A stretch of 64,000 nucleotides of DNA from Monocercomonoides exilis PA203 (GCA_001643675.2 LSRY02000010.1:1550001-1614000), one strand, 5' to 3'; positions 19,601 through 32,712 are shown, counted from the stretch's first letter. Notes: generated by a model from the letters alone, not told the origin. Numbers and translations are program-made.

Positions 19601-21044
19601 AAAAATAACATTAAGGAAGACTATAAAAATCGATATTAACAAACAATTTAACCCACTCATAGATGCAGAAGAAGCGCTCCAACGAAAACTGGATTTTTCC
19701 GGGACAACTTTAAAAGATGAACACGTGTGGTTGATATAAAAGAATGTGAGCCTGCAAATATGCAGAGAATAAAAGAAGAATTAGAAGCTACTCAAAAAGA
19801 GTATGAAATACACAATCTTTTGACCGTGTTCTCGATTAGACATAAGTTATAATACACATACAAGGACGAGAAGGTTCCGATTGGAAAGCGAGCAATTCGT
19901 ACTCAAAAGGGGAGCCAGGATCAAGAGGGACACAAAATTTTAAAACTTTTAACCTGTTCAAGATATGAAATGGATCCTGTTGACGATCAACATCCAGGAA
20001 CCCTCTCTTGGAGAAGAAAAAAAGTTGGAGATGGGAAGAGAAAGGAAGGATATGAGAGTCGAGAAAGCGGAATCATTAATGAAAGAATGCACAGTGAAGT
20101 TATCAGAAGCTGGGGGAGAAGAAGATGTGAGAAAAGGAAAGAAGTTAAAGAGACTAGACTTTCCGAGTTGAGAAGAGAGAAGTCAAAGAGAAATAGCTTT
20201 GTCACAGAACTCCTCATCCCGACCACTCTAGCGTCGGAGAACACCCCTCATAATTCCTAGCAGTGCAAGCGAGCTGACTGGAAGGAAACACACTGCACAA
20301 CAGAGTAAGAAGGGCCCAGACCGGAGGAAGCGTAGAGTGAGTCATTCAGGACAAATGTTAAAGAACTCAAGAGAAAATGAATTTCTGGTCGAGAACGCCT
20401 CGGAAACACACCAAGAAAGGGAGGGAGTAGAGACAGGAGCCGCATCTTCATCCGCAGGCTCTCTACACATCCTCCGCACGATGACGTGCTAGGCAGGAGG
20501 GTTTAAGATCATTATAAATAAATAAATATAAAACTAAATAAGAATAAAAATACAACAAAAGGGCTTTCAAGACTCATTATTGAGGAGCAAACCTGTCTCA
20601 CTGCGTTTTTATTAAATATGGTTTGAACTGGAAAAGGAATCCAGCGTTAAAGAGAGTTTTTGATTTGTTTGTTTGCCTTTTGTTGTTTTGAGAAAACTTT
20701 GCAACTTAGCTGATTTGTTCAAGTTTGCTTTTGATGGATGATTTTGTTCTTTTTTGTGGATTTTTTTTATTTTTTGGGTTGCGGTGGACAAGAAGGAGCG
20801 ACGTTATCCTTTGGGAATGAAAAGGCAAGCGAAGCATGTATTTTTGAAGATGCCCAAGCACAAGCTACCAGGAAAGCACAATTCCTGTGGGTCAAATGAG
20901 CAAGCCAAAGTGAGACGTGATATATGCGCTTCTGTTCAACTCGTCCACTTTTCATGGGGAAAAACAAAACAAAAAAAATGAGAGAGAGTGAGAGAGCCCA
21001 TAATGAAAAAGAGAGAGGTGAAGAATTGAGAAAATCGGACAGGA

Positions 21045-23950
21045 ATGGGGAAAAGAAGCAGGGAGGTGTCTGGAATAAAAGTCGGAAAATGCAGCGTGTG
21101 TTTGCTTTGCATGTGCATGTGTGCAGCAAGCGAAGAAGGAGGGGCTGTGGAAAAGACGAACGATGAAGAAAACGCGGAGTTTTGGGGGTTTGAATCGGGG
21201 AAGGAGGCAGAAAGCCGTTGCAAGAGAAATGAAAAGATATTTGGATTTTGTGATGAGACAGCAGCAGCCGATGGGAAGGGAGCTGATGGAGATGAAGAAG
21301 ACGAGAGAGAACACAAGGCTGAAGAAGGGAAAGAAAGCGAGAAGTTTGGGGACGAAGTTCAAAGTGGAAAGAAAGGATCAACGAAGGACGCTTGCTACCG
21401 AAGGGGTATATGGAAAGTTGAGATGACAGATAAAAGCGAAGTCAGAGGAGTTTTCGTCATGTCTAATTCATCAGGAGCACTCAGTGATCTGAGGATGGCA
21501 GAAGGAGGAAGAAAAAGCATGATCAGAGCAGAAAAAGGGAGTTTTCTTGTTTTGAGGGAGTGTGTGCTGGATTTTTCGAATCCAGAGCCACAGATTGAGG
21601 TTTGCGGGAGCAGTGGAGTTTTGGCAAACATCACTCTAGGAGCAGCAAAAAAGGCACCTTGAACAAATTCCGCCTCTTTTCGCTTCAAAAGCATGTGGAA
21701 TGAGCCTTCCGAGTGTTGGAAGTGTTTCCACAGGCTCTTCGTATTTTTCATCTTTTTCTGTTGCAGAAGCCCCATTTCTGCCTCCACGATTGCTTGCGAG
21801 GATTTGTCTGTTTGATGTGATCTTCTTCAACATCTCAACAACACATGATGCATATTCATCTTTGGCCTCTTCCCTTTGTGAAACAACTTGTGTGATGAGC
21901 AGCTGCGCATTCACAGCTGTTTGCGATGTTCATGATGGAGGGGTTGTTCTTTCTCTGAACGACCCCTCGTCTTCGTTGGCTGCCTCAAACACCTCATTCA
22001 CTGGGTGCTGTCGGACAAGGAATGTTGCAGTCAATGGAACAGAAGTGGAAAAGAAACAGCCAGGGAGACAAAACACAACAGACAATGGAGCAAATTTGTT
22101 CAGTTGGTGTGAAGAGAATGAATCGAAGACAACAGGAACAAGTGATTCCATTTCAGACGGAGTATCGAGTGGAGGGGCTATGTGCATGAACAATCTCGAA
22201 TCTGGCGCACTTTATGTTTCGCATTGTCTGTTTAATAATTGCTTTGTATTCAATCGTGGAGGCTGAATCATGTGCCATACAATCAAATCTGTACATATCG
22301 AAAATGATGTGTTCGGTGCTTGTACTGCACAAAATCAATATGGAGGAGGAATGTGCATTTATGTGATTTCATCATGAGTTCGGATCGATGGATGTGAATT
22401 CCAGAAATGCCCTGCCCAAGGCTGGGGAGGAGGCGTTGATCTCGACAGATTTCATATTTCCGGATCAGGATGTGCCGAGGCAGAAAATCAAAGAGAGGGA
22501 AGTGGGTGTGTGTTTGAATGCCCATTTGCTTGGTGTTCAATTTCGAGTTTATATGGCGGAGGGCTGCACACCCATGGTGTTCCTGAAGCATTCAAAATGA
22601 GTGGGATTCAGTTCATTTCATGCTCTGCAAACTCATATGGAGGTGGAATTGATTTTTATCCCCTTCAGCAAACAGTGCTGAATTCCAATTTTTATTTTTA
22701 TTTTTAATTCCTCTTCTTTCACAACTGCCAATGTCCTGCTGACGTGCCATATGGGCATGATGTGTATTTTTCCGATGTCAACAAAATGTTCACAAGTTCA
22801 AATAATCCGTTCTGTGAATCCTTCACAACAAACACAAATGATCAGAGAGTGTGCTATTATGGGAATGTTCATGAACACACAGGCAAGAAAGGATGGTTGA
22901 ACGAAGGGATGAAGGATTGGTTTGTGGATGTGAATGGAGATGACTCAAATGAATGGTGCATTACGAGTGAGACAACAACATGCAAAACAGTTGGATTTGC
23001 AGTTGATATGAGCAGCCAGCAATTGACTTCCATAGTTACAGTTTTGGAGGGGAAACATGAAAGCGAGGTGGAAATAATCAACATTGGTGGAAAGAAAATC
23101 ATGATAATTGGAAAAGGAAGGGAAGAAAGTGTGATTGGAACAAATCTCCTTTCTATCAACTCGACAACACTGTTCAGTGTGACGAGTGGACAATTGGAGG
23201 TGGAGCATGTGGGGATCGATCACAACACTGAAAGAAGTCCATCCCCAAATGTTTTTGTTGTTTCTGATGGAAGTGGGTCACTTTCACTGGCGGACATACT
23301 GATCTCAGGAACAAGAAGAAGAAGTGTAATATCAGCATCTGTGTTTGAAGTGGCACTGAGACAGCTGAAGATGATTGATGTGGAGGTCAAAAATATGAAA
23401 ATATCACAGCCTTTGTTTGCTGAGCCATCATCAGCAGAATCAACAGCAGGAGAAAGTTTTCTGAGAAATTTGACAATTCGAAGTGTGAATCGGACTGGAG
23501 GAGATGGAGTGGTAGTGTCAAAGAGTGTGGGTGCAGGAGAAACCTTTGTGGTGTGGAACATGACAATGGAAGAGTGTGAGTGTGTGAATAAGGATGGAGG
23601 TGGGATAAAGGTTGAGTTGGCAACTTCATCAAGCAAAGTTCGTGTTGGAGGGTCAACATCGCAACGCAGAGTATCAACAAAATTCTTCAAAATGAAGTGT
23701 GATGGATATGGAGGAGAGGTAATGCAATAAAAGTGCCAGACAATGGAGATTCCATTTGGTGATATTGAAACGGAACCTGCTGAAGAGAAGATTAAAGACA
23801 GATGAAGGAAGAAAGATTCATTGATGAATGACTTGTTTTTTGAAACTTTTGCAAGGCACTTTTAAAATCAAAAGGCAAGGGAAAAACCATTTTGATTGAG
23901 CTGAAACATGAGTTTGTCTTGAATATTCCTGAAGGGTCAATGCTGTTTTC
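21045..23950 (+). pseudogene. GGA-motif surface protein/pseudokinase family pseudogene with internal deletion
   Basis: ORF pieces at 21045-21662, 21700-22266 and 22744-23730 carry GGA/YGG motifs and TCKTVGFA. The ectodomain is fused directly to a kinase-tail remnant (KCQTMEIPFGD) with no TM segment. It has extra stops relative to the mirror copy. Confidence 0.8.
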
Positions 23951-25075
23951 AATTTCTGATTCAGTCTTTCATATCGAAAACCAACGCAAAGAAGGAAGCT
24001 TCTGCACAAGTGCAACTGATCGATGAGTCAAAAGATGCAAAGGATGGAACTCAGCTTCGTGTTTGCATTCGCCTTTTCGATAGTTTGCAAACAATGCAAA
24101 AAACATGTCCTGGGACCGAATTGAAATTGGTGAAAAAACAAAAATTATAAAACATAAACAGAAAGAACGATGATTAGAAAATATAATTAATGCGACAGCA
24201 GCCAAAATCGCAAGCGTTCTCGTTTTCTTTAACCTTTAAATTCGAATGCCGCGCATGAAACTTTCTTCCAAAAAAATACTATCAGCAACATCATCTGCTT
24301 CTGAGGAGATTATTGTTTTATTTCGACTTCACTGAAAAGAGGAGAATATTCAAATAGCAATTTTTTAATAAACACTTTCATATCTCACAAAAGAAACAAA
24401 AAAGTCCCCATGAAAATATTTCTGATTGAAACTATCCCACAGAAAATCATAAAACAGAACTCTTGATCAAAAGTGTCTCCATTGGCAATCATTATTCCTT
24501 TTGCGCCAATTCTTTTTCCCTTTCAAACAGAAAATTATTTTATTCGACAATTTACAAACGATGGTTGGTTGTTTGTTGGTTTTTATTTGGAAATCAGCTT
24601 TTGGTGAATTTCGCAAAAAACAAATTATGATTTTTCGAAAGAAGACAAGAAACCTAAAACTATCATTTTTTTCAGATTGATTTTGAAAAAGTCTTTCAAT
24701 ATAACATGCTAATCAACAGAAGCTATTAGAGAAGCTGACAAGCATCTTCACACCTTTCTTTCTTATCTTGATCAGGTTGCAACAATTATTTCCTCCAATA
24801 AAAACGAATCAGACACTGTGTTGCATAACCAGCAGTTCCAATCATGCATGAAACGTATTGCTTCCAAACAAAAGAGATAACCCCATCAAAGTCTTTTTGG
24901 AGTTCTTCCAGATTTGGAAACTGATGAGCTCTCTTTCTGTTTTCAATTCAATCGGATTGTCAAACATATGGGATGAAATATTTTAAAAAAATGATTTTTT
25001 TCCACACGATATTTTTGAACATTTAACTAAATTTTATAATTTTTCTATATTTTTTGTTATGATAACGATGAATTC

Positions 25076-25203
<128 letters not shown>

Positions 25204-26879
25204 CAGAATAAGTTTGGATCAAATCGTTATTTTTTGACGCAAATGCTCGAATTTTGCCCCAAAAAAAGATTTTCACATGAAGTGTGGAACAAAATGATGA
25301 AATCAAAATTATTCGTCCTATTTGTTAATTGTGTAATTTGTTTATTTATTTGATCAAAGTAACCAATACAACAAACCTTTCAAAGGCAAACTTCACTTTA
25401 ATTCGTAATACATTTGATGAAATTCAAATAAGAAATTTCAATTTAAATAACTCCATTTTATTCGAAAAAAATATAAGTTTATTTGAATAAAGTGTGCATT
25501 ATTCAAATAAACTCACTTCATTTAGAAATTCCAAACTTCATTTGAGTTTCTGAAAAATCATGATTTCATTTAGAACAGAATAATGAACATTATAATTTAG
25601 ATGTTCGATGAAAATTATTTTTATGTGTTTTTCTCTTATGTGAAAAAGTGAAAATATGATTTCATTTTTCTGAAATTCAAAAAAGTGAACACATTGGTTT
25701 GGATGCAAATAAAGGAAATTCCACACATGCATTCGTTATAAATACATTCATCAAAAACAATTTTTATCGTTTCTCTGATAAAGTGAAATTGTTGAAAACG
25801 AAAATAAAAAAAAATATGGAAATTTGAAAATACAGATATTCGATATTTGGTTTCCAAGACAACAGATCTTATGAAAGAGAAATCCTAGGAGCATGCAAGT
25901 ACTTTTAGAGAGGAAGATCATTACAAATTTTCGTAAATTGTTGATGGAAGGAGAAAAAAAAACAAATAGTTCAAATTCATATTCGTGGCGCAGTAATGAA
26001 GAATTATCCTTTAAACGTTCATGCTTGAATCAGAATTAATGTTTGCAAGTTATATTGAAGATTTATTTTCCTGAATAATATTGAATGTGTTGTTATACGC
26101 ATTTGAATATTCATATTTTTATTTAGGCTGATGAAATGATAATATGGAAATTTACTAAAGAGCAATAGAATTGAAATATGACGACTGATTTTTAGATGAA
26201 GAAGAAATCCATATTAAGCGAGATGAAGAATAAGGAGGAAAGAATATATCAAAAAAAAGAAAGACGGATGAGAAAAGGTGGATATACATAAATTGAGCGT
26301 GAATATAACATTATAAAACGCTTGACCTTAGTTCTAGTTGAGGAAATGCTTAAGTTGAAAGATATTTTTAATATAAACAAAGGAAATCATAGAGGAAAAT
26401 GAGAGTTGGAAGAAACAGAAATGTGGATTACCATATGTTTCCGTTTTTGTTGGAAAGATGCCAAGGGGCAAGTTGAAAATTTGAAAAATCCAGTAATTAC
26501 TGCTTGCCAGAAGGATGTGCGGCCAAAGAAGTTTAAATCAATAAAGATAGAATACAACAAGAATCTTTGCATTTGTTGTCAATAACCTTCATTATTCCAA
26601 ATATCAAATAATTTCATCAATAACTTCTTCTTCTTTTTTTTTCCTTCTTCATATCCTTCGAACTGCAATGATCTGTTCCTGTCTTCTCGTCCTCACTTAT
26701 CGTTGGCGGGGATTCAACTCAGAAACACTTAAAAACGCATTCTTTCTCCATCAATGAAATGCTGCTGCTCACTTACCGTTGAAAGCAATGGCTCATTTTC
26801 ATCTTCTCTTCATTCTTCTTCTTCCACTTTTGTTTCTTCCAGATCAAATACCATCTTCCTAATATATTTCTTCATTCTG

Positions 26880-27480
26880 ATCTGGAGCAGCACGCCGATC
26901 AATTTTTCCATTCCGGAATCAGAGAAGTGAAGAGAAGAAGGCGGCAGGGGATGATCTGCCATCATCAGCGCCTGCGATTGACCATTCGGATGTGTCGGCA
27001 GTGGCTGCGTCATACACGTCGGCAGCAATGATGGACCACATCGAGAGGCGGGTGCGGATTGTTGCGATGGAAGAAGCTCAGATGTATGAAAATCACACGA
27101 AGTTGTCACAAAGAGCGCAACAGATTCTGTGGTGATATGTTTCAGCGCTGTGGGCGATGCTTTATTGGGGCGTTGTATGTTCCAACGATGTGGCACTTTT
27201 GGCAATGCTTTCGGTTCCGTTGGTAAAGCAGCTTTCTTTCATTGCAGAATCGGTGGAGAAAGAAAAAGAAGCTCTGGAGGGTATTTGCGGCTGCGGATGT
27301 GAATGCGTTCCCGTCGATCAACGATCTGTTTGACCCCTCGCTGCTGCCTTTAGCGATATCGTGACAATTGTTGCGATCGCAGCAGTTGAGGCGTGTGGTG
27401 ATGAAGCTGGACGATGAAGTGATGGGGCGAGGTGTTGCAGTGTGTGAAGTGAGGGAGATTGTGGAGAAGGGGCTGTCGGT
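26880..27480 (+). pseudogene. IQCH-like (ATP-grasp-like region) gene fragment with stops and a frameshift
   Basis: IERRVRIVAME...WGVVCSNDVALLAMLSVPLV and LWRVFAAADVNAFPSINDLF...LRRVVMKLDDEVMGRGVAVCEV are collinear with IQCH-family motifs as I recall them (DDLAVADMLDIPIL; KRIF..ANV; RWLFKMD.EF.G.GTA). Confidence 0.5.
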
Positions 27481-28357
27481 GGCGGGGCTGAGGATGGGGG
27501 ATGCGGTTTTAGCCTGCAGCGATTGCGCTGGCGGTGCTGGAGGAGCGAGAAGAGGCAAAGGAAGGAGAAAGGGGAGACAAAGAGGGAGAAGAAATGGGAG
27601 GCAAAGAGGGAGGTGATGGGAATGAGGAGAAAAGTGGGCGTCCGACAGCGCACAGAGAGTTTGTGGAGAGAATGAAAGAAAACCAAGGGAAGCTGGAAGA
27701 AGCGATGGCGCTGCTGGTTGTGGAGGCGCTTGGGCTGGTCGGCTGAGATTTGTGAAGGCGGGGGTGGGGATAGAGGATGAGGCTGGTGCAGACAAGCAGC
27801 ATTCAATGGAACCTGAAATGAACAGATATTCGCCAGGAGATGACATTCAACAGGAGAACAGGAGAGCAGAAGAAGAAGCAGCAGATGGGTTTTCAGGTAT
27901 AACTTCAGATGGAAGTTCAAAGTGTGTGAGAAAAGATGTGGAACAGGTGGAAATGTGTACGAATGATTTGGGGATGAATGAGAAGCAAGGAAGAGAGGGA
28001 AATTCGATTTATTTGGAGAAGGAAGAAGAGGAGGAAGAAGAAGAGAAATTTAATGGAGGCATGAAGTTTATTTTTTAGGAATATAAAGGACAAAAGCAAA
28101 AAGAGGAAATAATGAGATGGATTTATGAGAACCAGGAGAGGAGTGGATGCGCAAATTCATCATCATCAAAAAAAGATTTAAAAATGCAGAGGATAAACGG
28201 TAGGAATAGGAAGAGAATGTGAAGAAGAAAAGGAAGAAAAGAGTGTGGAAAAATGGTATATGGAATTTATTTGTAGGAAAAAAGGGAGAAGAGACGAAAC
28301 GGAGCAAACGTTGATAATTTCTTATCCAGAAGTTCCGATATTTCTAATTATTTTTGT

Positions 28358-29776
28358 TCAAATTGATGATAAACAATTATCAAATGGGAATTGTGTGATT
28401 ATGCTTCCATTGAAAAACACATCATTCCATCTGCAAAAAGAAGCGTTGTTGTTATCGAAGAAACAAAATGTGATGAATTTAATTACGTTCGTCCAATCAA
28501 ACATTCTTGTGTAACACAGGGCAGCACCATCGAAGGTGAATGGATTTTCGACTTTGTTGTTGATGAACTGGAACTCTTGGAGAAAATATTGAGGAGGTAT
28601 TACTAGTGGAAGGAAATGAAACGTGATTGCACCAGCAGCATCGCCACCAGTATTTGCAATGCAGACGCAACTTTTGAATAGGAATTTTGCATCTGATGGA
28701 ATGTAATAGAGGGAAAAGTACCAACCAGTTCTGCAATAGTTTGTTATTGAACAACTTTCCACTCTGTTATCTGAGAATGTCCAAACAGAATTTGATCGTA
28801 GACTTGTAGCATGGACTGCTCCTCCATGCAATGCAGAACAACTCGTAAAATTTGATTTTGTAATGTCAATTTTCAGCAGGTAATCGCAACGTATTGCTCC
28901 TCCATAACCATTTGTCGAGCAATTATTGAATGAACAAGAAGTGATTGTGAGGTTTGCATTTGTGCAAGCAACATTTAGTGCTCCACCTGCTGAAGATCCA
29001 CCAGTTGAATCTTTCCATTCGCACCATTCAAATTTGTGGCTGTTCTCGTCAAAAGCAGTCAGTCTTCCAGGTTTCTCTCTTTGAGATTCAGATCCAACAT
29101 GCACAACAGGAGCATTTGGTGAAGAACGTGTTTGGTGGAGGAAAGAAGTGTTGAAGACTGAGAGGGAAGTGGATGGGCTGTTGTGGTTGGGGAGGACAGC
29201 ACCATCGATGGGATTGTGGGTGTAGAGGAAGAGGGATGAGTGGATGGAGAGGGATGAGTGAAGAGAGAAGGAGGGGATTGAATTGGTGTTGGCGTTGGTG
29301 GAAATGGAGGTGGAAGAAGAGGAAGAAGTGGTTGAGATGAAAGGATTGAGTGAGTGTGAGGGAAGGGATGGAAGTGATAGAGGGGATTGGGGAGAGGAGA
29401 TGTTGGAGAAGAGGGTGTTTGAGAGATGGAGATTGAGGTGGATGTGGAGGTGGGGATGGGATCGTTGATGGATATGGAGAGGGGAAGAGGAAGAGGAAAT
29501 GGAAGGGGAAGAGGAAGGGGAAGGCGAAGAAAAAGAAGAGGATGAGAGTGAGAATGAGAAAGATGAAGGAGAAGGGGAAAGGGATGGAGATGGAGAAGGG
29601 GAAGGGGAAGAGAGGGAAGAAGGAGAAAAAAGGAAAGACTGGATGAGGGAGATGAAGGAGGAGAAAGAGAAGTGGGAGATGGAGAAGGAGCAGGGATTGT
29701 GGAGTGGACATGTCGGAGGAGATTGTTTGGGGTGGAGAAGAGGGGGAAGGAGAGGAAGAAGAAAAAAGAAAATCAA
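28358..29776 (-). pseudogene. N-terminal fragment of a Ser/Pro-rich GGA-motif surface protein
   Basis: 472-codon ORF without an ATG start. S/P-rich leader, then NTSF...EKPGR...FEWCEW, GGAL, GYGGAI, HGGAV and WNDVFF. Truncated, with no TM segment. Confidence 0.7.
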
Positions 29777-30412
29777 GTTTGTCAGCTTCCACGCTTCATT
29801 TCGAACACTTTTGCAGTTATTTGTGTATTAGACATTGAAATTGTTCAGAGCATTTCACTTTTCCTCATAACATTTTTATCCAAATAAAAATCGTTCATCT
29901 GTGTTTTTTTTTTTAAATAAACATAAAAATATAAACGAAACAAACTTTCAACTCACGAAAAAAATTTTTTTTGTCTTTGAAGCTCATTTTGTTTTTATTT
30001 TGTTTCATTTCCAATTAATATCAAAATGATCAAAAACGTAGTAAAAAACTGGATTATTAATTCTTCAAAAAAACAACACCAAATGTACCAATTAGTATTT
30101 AATAGAAATGAAATACAATTTCTGATAACTTTTTCCGGATGGATTTCAGCGTTAATTTGCATATGCAATCTTTATTTAAAATATACCAACTTCATTTAAA
30201 ATAAACCAACTTTATTTGAATTAAATTGGTTTATTTGAATTGAAGAAGTCTATTCAAATTTCATCTATTGTCAAAAATGTCAACGCAAGAAAGAACGGTT
30301 TGGATGCACTTATTTTTATGAGAGCTATTTTTGAGTTTCTGCTTTTCATCTGTTTCTTCTTTCCAAACGTATGCGAATTCAACATGAATTTCAAAATGGC
30401 GTTGCTTTCTGG

Positions 30413-31849
30413 ATGCAATTAACTATCAAATATCAGGATAAGAGCATATGCAGCAAGTTTACTGGTGCGCAATTGTTATTGCTTTTGAATTTTTGTTGAT
30501 TGATTTCTTTCTTTGCCTTTTTCTTTGAAGAATTGTTTTCTGAACTTGAACGCTTCAGTAAGGAAGATCAAAAACAGAAAATTTTTGAAATGGGTACATT
30601 GATAGAAGAGATGGACGAAGAAGAATTCAAATCTGTTTTTTCTCAAGAACTGTTCAACAAAATACACAAAATGATTAAAAAAGAGAAACTTTCGATGGAA
30701 AATGCAATTTTGTTACTAAAGCGAATTGGATATTACAGATCGTTGAAAACTTTGTGGTTCTATAACTTTGCTAGCACTTTATTGAACGAAAGAATTGAGA
30801 AGATGATTATTGAAGAAGAAAAGAAGAAGAAGAAGAAAAAGAACGAAAAGCTGCTGATTGATCTTTGCGAATGTCATATTTCTCTAAGCCACTACGTCTC
30901 GCCTGAATTGCGTTCAATTTGTATAACTTACTTAACGAAAGCAGCATCGAAGAAAGGGGAAAGTGAGGAAACTCAAAAAGAAGTGGAAATGGCTTTGCTT
31001 ATATTGAGCAGTATTCGGGATTTGGGAGTACGCTTTTCTTTTTCAATTTTGATAATTATGATTTTTTTTTCCCCCCATCTTTTTGATTAGGAAGAGGAAC
31101 AAGATATGTACATATTTGGAATTGATGTGATTATCCTATATCATCAGCAGCATCACAACCTTACACCTCTTGCGCATCAATCAGCTTGGAAAATTTTGGT
31201 GCACAGATTTTACATGGATTATTATTCTGAAGAAGAAATTGTGAATGATCTGCATTTTGTGGGAGAAGCAGCAAAAGAACTGAAAGAGTTGGCAAAAGTG
31301 TGAGTTGTAAGCAAAAAAAGGAGAAGAGGAGTAGAAAGGAAAGAAATACAAGTTTTTGTAAGATGGCTCACATTGATGGAGCCTTTCTTTTACTACTGCC
31401 AATTGTGGAATGAAGAATTTGTTGGGCTTATTGGAAGTATTGCGGAAGCATTTAAAGCATCGAAGGATAATTACAGAGAACTTTGCCACCGGTGCATTTT
31501 TGCGATTAAACAAGCAGCGATGAACAGGACCGTTCAAATAAATGACCTATTGAACGGAGGAGCTTTTGATGTTGCTTTGGTGGAAATTCAGAGACGAACA
31601 ATAGATTACAAAAATCCATTTGAAAACTTGCAATTTTTTCTGAATGTTTCAAGGAGATTTAAAGGAAAGGAGGATGATGATGCCGACGAAGAAAAAAGAA
31701 AAGAGATGAAAAGGAAAGTGTTTGAAAAGCTGGAAGAAGAAGGATACGAAGATACCATCACCAGCTTTTATGAATTATTCGAGCTCATTAACATAAATAA
31801 TCATCATTCGTTATCTTTGAATGTTTCTGATTATTTAGTGAATGTTTGA
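30413..31849 (+). CDS. Helical E/K-rich hypothetical protein, 3 exons; this copy has local frameshifts at ~31295-31330
   Basis: ATG at 30413. GT-AG introns at 30465-30530 and 31028-31090 splice in frame. The mirror copy is intact, and the differences here are deletions in A/purine runs, possibly consensus errors. Confidence 0.7.
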
Positions 31850-32378
31850 GGAAATGAGACACATTTCATTTTGTAACTCTAATTATTTATTTATTTTTCT
31901 TATTTCATCATTTGGGGAAAAATTCTTTCATTTATGAAAAAAACAACGATTTGTTCCAATTTTTTTCTCCAACCTTATCATAATAAGTCTTTCATTCCCA
32001 CGTCAAAAAGAAAGTGGATAAATTTAAAATTTGAGAAAAATATTTGTTGGGTAGAATGGAACAAAATTCAGAAAGCTCAAAATTTCGTCCCAATTAACTT
32101 CTTTTTCCCATCCTTTTAAATTTTCCTCAAATGATTTGTCTTCTCAAAAGTTTAATGAAAATATAAACAAAAAGCATTTGTTCATTCTTCCGCTTCGAAA
32201 GCATCTTCTGTAATCAGTGGAACAGATGTATTCTTCAGCTTCTGGTTTTCCAAATATCGTGCCATTTCAGAGAATTGAAGAAAGGAAATCAAAATCCAGG
32301 GAATGGAAAGTTGATTTGATGATTTGAATGTGAACTACAAGAACAAGATGCTTTTCTTGTGGCATCAATTCTGAGTTT

Positions 32379-32453
32379 GAAGAAGAAGAAGAAGAAGAAG
32401 AAGAAGAAGAAGAAGAAGAAGAAGAAGAAGAAGAAGAAGAAGAAGAAGAAGAA
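32379..32453. repeat. (GAA)25 microsatellite, mirrored as (TTC)25 at 32896-32970
   Basis: Directly visible and the same length in both arms. Confidence 0.95.
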
Positions 32454-32636
32454 ACAGATGATGATGGTGGTGGGAATGAAGAGGAAGGAGGAAGTGACTG
32501 TTGCAATGAGAAAGAAGAAGAATTTGATAAATCTGAAGAAAAAGAAAAAGTCAGCTAGCTCAGAAGCAACGGTTCAAGAAACATGCTTGTCAACTTTGTC
32601 CTCCGAAGAACAAACTTGTTCTGAGCCTCCAACTTG

Positions 32637-32712
32637 TTGATGCGGAAGATGGTGCATTTCTCTGACCTATCCACCCTCTCCTGAAACAACAACTCCAACC
32701 ATACTTCTGGTG
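32637..32712. other. 76-bp unique spacer at the palindrome centre
   Basis: Flanked by ...gagcctccaacttg and caagttggaggctc... Confidence 0.95.

Larger units (their letters stand above)
15588..20617 (+). mobile_element. DIRS-type tyrosine-recombinase retrotransposon, family 1, decayed; most of the ICR and of the 3' ITR deleted
   Basis: RT motifs (KKNGKWRKILDCRALN, MPFGAKDAP, YLDD; ~17466-17990). RNase H motifs (LTTNASELGWG, INEKE, EADAFS; ~18018-18760). YR remnants (RRALILTIIFATL, TVFSIRH; ~19370-19900). 5' ITR at 15622-15686. Many stops and frameshifts. Confidence 0.92.
25415..30266. mobile_element. 4852-bp left-arm-specific insertion with degenerate TIRs and ATT duplication, carrying host gene fragments
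   Basis: The right arm shows the empty site (taatac-ATT-gtcaaaa, ATT at 35091-35093 on the minus strand). The left arm reads taatacATT|tgatgaaattcaaata...tattcaaatttcatct|ATTgtcaaaa. The ends are imperfect inverted repeats over ~55 bp. Confidence 0.6.

Noticed and set aside
26280-26420. Possible pogo/DDE transposase remnant (TLDLSS, resembling QPLD) in the 4.85-kb insertion
   Set aside because: Too short and stop-ridden to support without a profile search.
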